Source: Octopus vulgaris (taxonomy: Eukaryota). Taken from it: DNA of 64,000 nucleotides. The notes beneath the pieces were generated by a model that ran no database searches, was not told where the DNA came from, and worked only from the letters and a program-made list of their open reading frames with translations. Of the stretch, positions 54,780 to 64,000 are shown in pieces (position 1 is the stretch's first letter; every line of letters starts with the position of its first letter). The stretch is taken from positions 80,166,001 to 80,230,000 of the forward strand of contig OX597821.1 in the NCBI GenBank assembly GCA_951406725.2. The letters run 5' to 3'. Both the position numbers and the translations under genes were made by a program.

Positions 54780-55156
54780 ACCTTTCCTTTTGTTAAATTT
54801 ACTTGTTTCAGTCACTGGATTGTGGCCATGCTGGGGCATTGCTTTGAAAGGTTTCAGTCGAATAAATCAAGCCCGATACTTTTGTTTTTCTAAGTCCCGT
54901 ACTTATTCTATCGGTCTCCTTTACAGAAACGCTAAGTTATGGGGATGTGAACAAACCAACAACATAGGGTTTTCAGGCTGTGAGGGTGGAAAACATAAAC
55001 ATAAAGATGCGCGTGCATACACGAGGAATTTCCACACAGTTTCCTATCGCCAAAGGCATTGGTCTCGACCCCGGGGCTATAGTAGAAGACTAAGGTGTCT
55101 CGTATTGGGACTGAACACGAAATCACGAGGTTCCAAAGCCAGCTTCTTAACCACAT
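54780..55156 (-). mobile_element. Diverged SINE family A
   Basis: tttacttgtttcagtca.tggattgtggccatgctggggca...cttcttaaccaca. Confidence 0.8.
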
Positions 55157-55456
55157 AAGTAAAACAGTTAATAAATAAATAACCGTTGAAAACATGGCAG
55201 TTTGAACTACATTACTGTTATCTGACTCAATTTGAATTGTAGAAGGAGAGACTTGTGGGCCTTTTTGTAATCAAATGATTTCTGTCAAAGAACAAGATTT
55301 CACGCCTTTGATAGAGAATGTGTGAAAGTTGGGCCGAGCTTGTCTTGGGTTTTATGCAATGATTTACGGAAAACTCAGCTGGTCTTATCTGTTTTTATTA
55401 ACCACGAATGTATCTCATACGATGGTAACATATATATATATATATATGTTACTATC

Positions 55457-55507
<51 letters not shown>

Positions 55508-55920
55508 CATACACACACACACACACACACTCTCTCTCTCTCTCACACACACATACATATATGGGTATTCGCGCATGTACATCTACAGCAGATACATATA
55601 TATATATATATAATGTTATGTATGTACGTATATGGGCATGCATTAGTGTGTATGTGTAAGTGTATGTATATATACGTATAATACATATATCTGTGCATGT
55701 ATGTACATGTATACGTGACTACAGGCGCATACACAACCATACAAAAAACACACACATATAAACACACACATATGTTATACATTGTGTTACGATGTAACTT
55801 ATGGGATTGTCGGTAGAGTTAATTGTTGATGCACACTCTCCATTCTGACCTCCCTTTACTAGTGTGTGTGTATGTATGTATGTATGTATGTATGTATGTA
55901 TGTATGTATGTATGTATGTA

Positions 55921-55967
<47 letters not shown>

Positions 55968-56218
55968 ATGTATGTATGTATGTATGTATGTATGTATGTA
56001 TGTATGTGTGTGCGTAAGCATGTACGTGTATGAGTATGTGTGTGTGTGTGCGTATGTGTATGTATGTGCGGGCGAGTGTTTGTGTATGTATTTCAGGAAC
56101 TGTTTGTCTCGCTACAAATAAATCTTAAACAGATAAATACATATTACAGAATGATTGGATATTTTGTTGCCTGAAGATTATTTATTTCACACAGGCACTT
56201 TTAAGGGGTTAATACACG

Positions 56219-56277
<59 letters not shown>

Positions 56278-56449
56278 GTAGATGTGCGTGTGTATATATA
56301 TATATATATATACGTAGATGTGCGTGTGTATATATATATATATACATACATATATTGTATGCTCGTGTATTACATATGTGTGTGTAAATGGATGTATGTG
56401 GATTCATACGTGTGTATGTGGGGGGGGGGGGGAGGAACACCGTTTATGT

Positions 56450-56863
56450 ATCTTTTACTCGTTGCCGTCATTGGACTGCGGCGTCACCATGCGGTATTAG
56501 TCTAATATATGGACCTTAGTTTTTTTTTTCTTTGCTTTTTGCTTTGTGAAAGTTTGGTACTTATTCTGTTAGTCGTTTTTGATAAACTGCTAAGTTACAG
56601 GGACGTTAACCAACCAACACCGGTTGCCAAGCGATATGAAGGACTGACATGGAACATCACAAACACACACACAGACACACACGCGCGCGCGCGCGCGTGT
56701 GTGTGTGTACATTCGTCTATGTATGCTTGTTTCCGTCTTTTCACCTTTCAAATTCACCCACTGGCTCAGGCTATGTTAGAAGACATTTGCCCAAGGTGAC
56801 GTGCTGTGGAATTGAACCCGAAATTACATAGTAACAAAGCGAGCTTTTTAACGACACAGCCAT
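56450..56863 (-). mobile_element. Diverged SINE family A
   Basis: cattggactgcggc...ctaagttacagggacgt...tagaagacatttgcccaaggtg...cacagccatg. Confidence 0.75.
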
Positions 56864-57165
56864 GTCTATGTAGATATTACTTTTGTACCTTAAGTTCACA
56901 CCAAGATGAAGCTTCTGAGGATTTTTAAAAGGTTCCTCTTTAAATATCTATCACAACATTGCTTCAATAAATTATATAGAGTAAATGGCTGTTGAAATAT
57001 ATATGTAAACGGTATTTGTCAAGATTTTTTAATGTTTCTTTCACTAAACAAAGATTTATGGTATGCATTTACTTGAAGCATAGGACTAAAAAACAGATTC
57101 AATGATTAGATAATTACTATTTGTAAATCTCACAACGAGAGATATTCAGCAACAGTACTTTGGAG

Positions 57166-57378
57166 AGAGCGGCGAGCTGGCAGAGTGGTTAGCACGCCGG
57201 GCGAAATGCTTAACTGTATTTCGTATGTCTTTGCGTTCTGAGTTCAAATTCCGCGAAGGTTGACTTTGCCTTTCATCCTTTCGGGTTCGATAAATTAAGT
57301 AACAGTTTGTACTGAAGTCGATCTAATCGACTGGCCCCTTCCTAAAAATTTCGGGCCTTGTGCCTAGAGTAGAAAAGA
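57166..57378 (+). mobile_element. SINE family B with 15-bp TSD
   Basis: TSD aacagtac(t/a)ttggag at 57151-57165 and 57378-57392. Confidence 0.9.
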
Positions 57379-57569
57379 ACAGTACATTGGAGTAAAGATT
57401 ATTTGCCAACATAACATGGCAGTCCTGATTTAGGACGAATGTTGCTGTAATTTGGCCCCCAGGAGACATCGTCTCCAGCTGGCTATACGACACGATCTGT
57501 GTCCTTATATTTTCGAAGAAGGGAATCTAGCACCCCCAACTCAGCTCAAAATACACAGATAACTTGTGG

Positions 57570-57737
57570 TAGTGTGTTTACGTTCCCGTAACTTAGCAGT
57601 TCGGCAAAAGACCAATAGAATAAGTACCAGGCTTTCAAAAAAGTAAGTCATGGGGTCGATTTGTTCGACTAAATCCCTTCACGGTGGTGCCCAAGCATGG
57701 TCGCGTTTAAAACTGACTGAAACAGGTAGAAGATAAA

Positions 57738-57740
<3 letters not shown>
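57570..57740 (+). mobile_element. 3' part of SINE family A
   Basis: gtgtgtttacgttcccgtaacttagcagttcggcaaaag...gactgaaacaggtagaagataaaaga. Confidence 0.8.
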
Positions 57741-57788
<48 letters not shown>

Positions 57789-57915
57789 TATATTAAATTA
57801 GAGATAAAACCACTATTAGGCAAATCATAGAATGAAAAACTTATGCCAATACATAAGATTAATTAATTTTTATTATTTTAAATATATATCAAAATTATTA
57901 AAAAAAGATAATGAG

Positions 57916-57954
<39 letters not shown>

Positions 57955-57958
57955 AGAC

Positions 57959-58031
<73 letters not shown>

Positions 58032-60139
58032 TGTCGCTTTTGCATTCAGTTTGCAAGATACTTGATGTGAACTCGTATGTTCATATATATTTTGACGTAT
58101 TTCTGGAGAGTCATGTTGCCATTGATAAACGCACGCACTAGTTCCATTTCACTTCTTTATTTTTGTTAGTAGTCAGTTCGTTAGTCAATAAAATAGCTTG
58201 TTATTAGTCAATTCGTTAACTAATAAGACAATCGATTCTTTGATTAATCATTCGGTTAATCAATTAATCAACTAGGATTGTTTCGTCGTCATCTGCAACT
58301 TCATAAACGACATTCCCTCCCTATTCTAGGTCTGCTCTCCATGAATATATACATATATAAATACATACATACATACATACACACATGTACATAAACCTTA
58401 CTAATTGAATCTAAAGTAAGTAGCTACATAGATCGTTAGTTCGCTTCGCTTCACAGAGAAGACAGAAAGCAATTTATAAGGAATTCATGCATTTTAAATA
58501 TATTTTCAAAATACGTTTGTCCTCTTAGTCACTGCACGGACACCCAGGTATATGCTTTATTCTAATGACATTGAGCGGTCGAGAGACATATCGCCTTTAC
58601 TCTTTTCTAGATCGCTAGTATATAACCAGCTTACTTTTCCTGTGAGCCGAGCTGAACTCTCAACACCGTCCGCCTCTCTATCACTTATCCAGCTTCATAC
58701 TAAATCATAGTATCTTAAATTTCAACCGTTGAAAAGCAAATATATTGGCCAGTTAGATAATGGAGTGTTGGTAATTTCATAAGAAACGCCCATCTGTCGG
58801 TTCGGTCAATCGCACTTTTATATGATTTACCTAAAGGTAGTACATAAACCATGATTTGAAAGTATGGTTCAAAATCACAAATTTTATAATAAGCTGGTAT
58901 ACTGAGTATTTATCCCCAGTACATTACTGATATGTGCTTCATTATTGTTATATGAGCCATCGAACGAACCGGGAGCCTCTTCGCATTCGCTGGAGCTACT
59001 AGAACGGAAACCATATTTCCCTCTCAAATAAGTCTTTGAACATAGATACTTAAAGACAAACTGGATAAAGTAATCCAAGACGTATTGTTTAAAATAAAGA
59101 CAAGATGATCACAGCTGGAATCTTTTTGGTCATAGATCTTCCAGATTAAATTAATCAGAGGCAAACAACAATAACATATATTAAAGTCTATTAATTCTAA
59201 TACGACCCAACGATGGAGCCGCTACACGCTTTCTTAACTTTCTAGAAATAGCAACGAAATCTTCCCAAACCACATTCTGTCCATATTTAAAAATTTGGGC
59301 AATAGCTTTTGGTATACAGAAGAAAATGGGATAGTCAAAGCCCATAAAATCGTTGATAATTCTTCAATCAATCAAGATTAACCCTGGGACTAAGAACAAC
59401 AAAGCAAGTGGTATTTATTTTAAACATTCCTTCACCAGTGATCATAACTCATTTTTCTTAATGCCAGAAAGTGAAAAGTATTGGCAAACATTACAAGTAA
59501 CAGATCTCACACATATCAACCAGCCACCGAACAAACATATATCTGCTTGAAATAACAGCTAAAGCTGCCTCAAAGCAAACCTACCATGTTAAAAAATACA
59601 GTAATAGATATACTATGCATCAACAAAACTGCGGGAAGTTCATGTCAGAAATAGTTTTGATCATAACTCTGTTGATCAGAATTGACATTGGTTTCAAGGA
59701 TATTATTAAAGAAACATGATCCCTTACTAAGTATACCTATAGTCAAAGATATCCCGACCATGACCATCACGCCTATTTTATTTCCAGGTGTAACGTATCT
59801 ACGTTGTCCAAACAAGAGCTTCATATTTTTAAGAGGATATGTTTTATTTCAAATGGATTTGGCTGCTATTTCTGCTATGTCACCTGTCGACTTTTTAGTA
59901 GCAAAACAGCGAACAATTTTTGCTATAGTTTAGTCTTGGATAAACTTGATCAAAGTAGAACATTCATGATATAACCATCTAGTTTGTTTTTTTTGCATAA
60001 GTATGATTCAGATTACATCGTCTAATGGCTCTCTACTGCTTCATGACGACAGTCTTGGATTTGAAATAATTTGGCCGTTAAGGCAATGAGAGATGCAAGC
60101 AAAGCAGATAAAAATGTGAAACTCGAGAAGTTTATCTTC

Positions 60140-60445
60140 TTTTAATTTCTTTCACTTGTTTCAGTCATTGGACTGCGACCATGCTGGGGCATCGCCTGGA
60201 AGGATTTAGTAATTCGACTCCAGTATTCATTTTAAGTATGGCACTTCTTTTGTCGGCTTATTTTGTCGAACAGCTAAGCTGAGAGGACTAAGCAAACCAG
60301 CATCGGTTGCCCAGCAGTGGTGGGGACAATCACTCACGCGCGCGCACACACACACACACAGATACACGACGGGCTTCCACACAGTTTCCATCTATCAAAC
60401 CCAACCACAAATCTTTGATCGACGCGGGATACTTGCCCATGGTGA
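60140..60445 (-). mobile_element. Diverged SINE family A
   Basis: cttgtttcagtcattggactgcgaccatgctggggca...acgacgggcttcc. Confidence 0.75.
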
Positions 60446-60846
60446 GAGGCAGTTATATTGACCCTAAGACATCATACATTTTTTCTAGTCAGATCTGGTT
60501 ACAAAAGCAATTCCGTAAACAAAGTTTGAAATAAAATAAATAAAAAAAAACCTATTCTTATCCCACACCCCCGTCCCGCTAGCAGTTATAGAAAAAATAG
60601 AAAAGCACATGTTCAGGTTAGGAAGGTTATGTTTTTATCTACAGTTGTACTGTTTGTCATTTGAAAGAAAAATATGTAGAAGTCAGAAAAGTTTATGGAG
60701 GTCAAAGAGTGGTATACATTAACGCTGATTACTGACTGTTGATATTAACGCAAATATGAGTTAGACGTTCAAATTTAACTAACATACGTATATATATCAC
60801 ACTATCTTCCTTATCTCTTTCATTCATGGATTCCTGTTTCTCTCGA

Positions 60847-60923
<77 letters not shown>

Positions 60924-61533
60924 GTCTATCTATCCACCTATCTATCTATCTTCTAAGATATACATGCGCATAGAAAGACATGTATATATTCATATTTTAC
61001 AGTCATATGCATATATAAATACATATACATAAACACACATACATATATACATATGTATACATATAAGTATATGCATATATAGAGATACATCCAACATACA
61101 TATGCATTTATGTATATACACACGTATACAAATATATTTACATTCACACCAACACACACATATGTATATATGATGGTTTATATATATATTTATATACACT
61201 ATATATGATTACATAAAAGCAGATACATACACATACAAATATGACATACATTTATACGTAGATGTATGTGTATGTGTGTATATGCGTGTGTGTAAATCTG
61301 TCTATGCATGTATCTATTTGGCTAATTATATTCCAATCTACCGAGCAATTTATCTATCATAAATTTCCATCAACCGACCTACCTACCTAATTACCTACCT
61401 ACCTATATACTTACCGACAAACCTACCTACCAATTGACCGACCGTCCTTCCGTCTGTTTGTCTATCTGTCTGCCTGTCTATCTGTCTATGTATGTATGTA
61501 TGTATGTATGTATGTATGTATGTATGTATGTAG

Positions 61534-61586
<53 letters not shown>

Positions 61587-62177
61587 GACAGCACTTTTAG
61601 TTGTCGTTATCGCTGACAGCAAATAGTTCATGTTTTCGCTACTGACATACTGACCATATGTCAAGTAAACTTCCGGGGATCTAGCCCCTGGACCGGCCAA
61701 ATAAACTAGTACACTTCACCATGGTATTGTGTACTTTTTACATCCTTCGTTAAAAACCAACATATATAAATTATTTATACAGAGGGGGTGGGGTCCTCCC
61801 TCGTTGGTGTGTATGCATATATGTATAACACATGTGTAAGTATGTCTCAATTGGTCTCGCTTAAATTGACAAGTTTTGATATAAAAGCAACAGGATCAAT
61901 GTTCGTCATTAAGGTAATGACATTAAATATTTATGAACTTAATCATGCTCATGAATACATTATCGTAGCTGTGCGTGTGTGTGTGTGAAAGAGTTTGTGC
62001 GTTGCTGAATTTCATTAAAATCTAAACAGTAAATATTCAAGACTCATCATATATTGAGATGAATGCTCAAATGATAGCTTTACTGTTCATAATTTATAGA
62101 GTTTTTACTGAGATACAAGGAAGGATTATTTCTACCTGCTTTCTAACTTTTCACCCGTTCACCCGTTCTTTCTTCTC

Positions 62178-62231
<54 letters not shown>

Positions 62232-62278
62232 ACTCACTCACTATTTGTCTTTCTCACTCCCTTTATGCTCCTCACTTC

Positions 62279-62312
62279 CTTCTGATGAAGGACTAACTTC
62301 CGAAACATTAAG
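62279..62312 (+). ncRNA. Minimal hammerhead ribozyme motif (decayed helix III)
   Basis: ctt-CTGATGA-a-GGA-ctaact-TCC-GAAA-catt-aag. Confidence 0.5.
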
Positions 62313-62546
62313 ACATTTCTCTCTTTCCTTTAAAGCGATAAACCAATAACTTTTTAAAAGTTGTTCCAACTGTGGTGTGTTTCATTGTCCATTATATTTC
62401 GTTTTTATCTGCATGCATGTATATATACATACATACATAATTTATACTATGTATTAAATATGTGTGTGTGTGTATGTGTGCGTGTGTGTGTGTGTGTGTG
62501 TAGGCGAATTCGGCGAGCTGGAAGAATCGTTAGCACATATATATTT

Positions 62547-62577
<31 letters not shown>

Positions 62578-62704
62578 ATCTCCGAAGAAGCCTTAGGATA
62601 TTTTTGTAAATGTCTCATTTATAACTACATATTGACCTACCATAAATGGCTAATATAAGTAAAATGAGACATACTTATCTACATGGCCGTAACAGCTGTA
62701 AGAT
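62578..62704 (+). ncRNA. Inactivated paralog of the extended-helix-II hammerhead
   Basis: atct-CCGAAGA-AGCC...GGCC-GTAA-CAGCTGTA-agat; core mutations U4C and A13U; colinear with 41386-41512 and its downstream flank. Confidence 0.6.
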
Positions 62705-62801
62705 GTAGTCTACATTTATATGTACTTATATTTACATTCCCTTATATATATTCTACTTATTGTATAACATTACTCTTTTATGTACACTCCTTTATGTACA
62801 C

Positions 62802-62901
62802 NNNNNNNNNNNNNNNNNNNNNNNNNNNNNNNNNNNNNNNNNNNNNNNNNNNNNNNNNNNNNNNNNNNNNNNNNNNNNNNNNNNNNNNNNNNNNNNNNNN
62901 N
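62802..62901. other. Assembly gap (100 N)
   Basis: Run of exactly 100 N. Confidence 1.
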
Positions 62902-62969
62902 ACAAACACACACACAAACATGGAACAAGTATAGTCTTATTGGACGCTCGGGAAAGGAAAGAAAGGAGA

Positions 62970-63004
62970 ATTCAACGTTTCGAGCGGAGCTCTTCGTCAG
63001 AAAC
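62970..63004 (-). ncRNA. Minimal hammerhead ribozyme motif with intact core
   Basis: Minus strand gttt-CTGACGA-a-GAGC-tcc-GCTC-GAAA-CGTT-gaat. Confidence 0.6.
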
Positions 63005-63684
63005 ATAGGAAAGGGGAAGACGGAGGAAAAAAATCGCCAACGGTACACATGCAGTCACATTTTGAAGATATATATATATATATAGGTACACGCACACACA
63101 CGCACACACACACATATGTACTTGCGTAAATATGTGCAGTAACTGAACCGAAGGACGCTGAAGTCCGATGACGTAATTCATAGTCCAGACTGGTGTGTTC
63201 AGAAGCATTGACTTTAAGGTGAGTACCACCTCCGAGGCAGTTACCGCAGCGAATATATTTCCGCTTTTCAATGTACATGAATGTTTTGAATGTAAGTGTA
63301 CACAACTTTGTATATATACATACACATATACATATGTGTATGCATACATGAAAATATGTATGTGTGTGTGTATGTATATATGTATCCTTACACACACACA
63401 CACGCACAGTTCTGTAGAAAATATTATGGTGCATATGCTGCCGCAGATATCTTCCTTCGAGGATCTGGAAAAAGATTCTATTAACGATTCTAGACGAGTT
63501 TATCCTTCTCCGCCTCTTCCCATCAAAGGTTTTCGGTATTCCTCTATAGGGGTGGTCACGGGTCCTGAAAACACATATACCTACACATGTTAAAACACAC
63601 ATACAAACACATTCCCATGATGTATTTCGCATGCTCTGCAACTTCGACATAAATTCTTGCAAGCACACACAATGATATCATATA

Positions 63685-63907
63685 TTCTTTTATTCATTTA
63701 CTTGTTCCAGTCATTTGACTGCGGCCATGCTAGAGCACCGCCTTTTAGTCGAAGAAAATCGACCCCAGAACACATTCTTTGTAAGCCCGGTGCTTACCCT
63801 ATCGGTCCCTTTAGCCAAATGGCTATGTTACAGGGACGTAGACACACCAGCATCGGTTGTCAAGCGATGGTCAGGACGGACAAACAGCGACAAAAAGACA
63901 CACATAA

Positions 63908-63938
<31 letters not shown>

Positions 63939-64000
63939 GATACAGGCGCACGCGCGCACTCATGTATATACAACGGGCTTCTTTTCAGTTCCCGTCTATC
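63685..64000 (-). mobile_element. SINE family A (runs off window end)
   Basis: cagtcatttgactgcggccatgctagagcaccgcc...acgggcttcttttcagtt. Confidence 0.9.

Noticed and set aside
62997-63668. 223-aa minus-strand ORF as one CDS
   Set aside because: Reads through microsatellites and a repeat; at most parts could be exons.

Overview
AT-rich, repeat-saturated animal genomic DNA with one 100-N assembly gap. From recalled repeat families it looks like an octopus (coleoid cephalopod) intron or intergenic region; the species assignment is inference. No complete protein-coding gene is recognisable, and nearly all ORFs in the track are microsatellite or SINE artefacts. Supported content: many tRNA-headed SINEs of at least five families (my labels A-E, plus an old family F), two mariner remnants, two 5'-truncated R4/Dong-type LINE ends and two copies of a ~550-bp non-coding element in (TAA)n tracts, a Helentron/HINE-like element, and Penelope-type repeats carrying hammerhead ribozyme cores. 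The most interesting signals are type-I hammerheads with palindromic minimal helix III (one family has a ~90-nt structured helix II), a 70-nt flanking sequence copied into a Dong 5' junction, a GC-rich hairpin-dense island at ~34.5 kb, close inverted SINE pairs, and a few unassigned candidate exons. Repeat boundaries were read by eye and are approximate.
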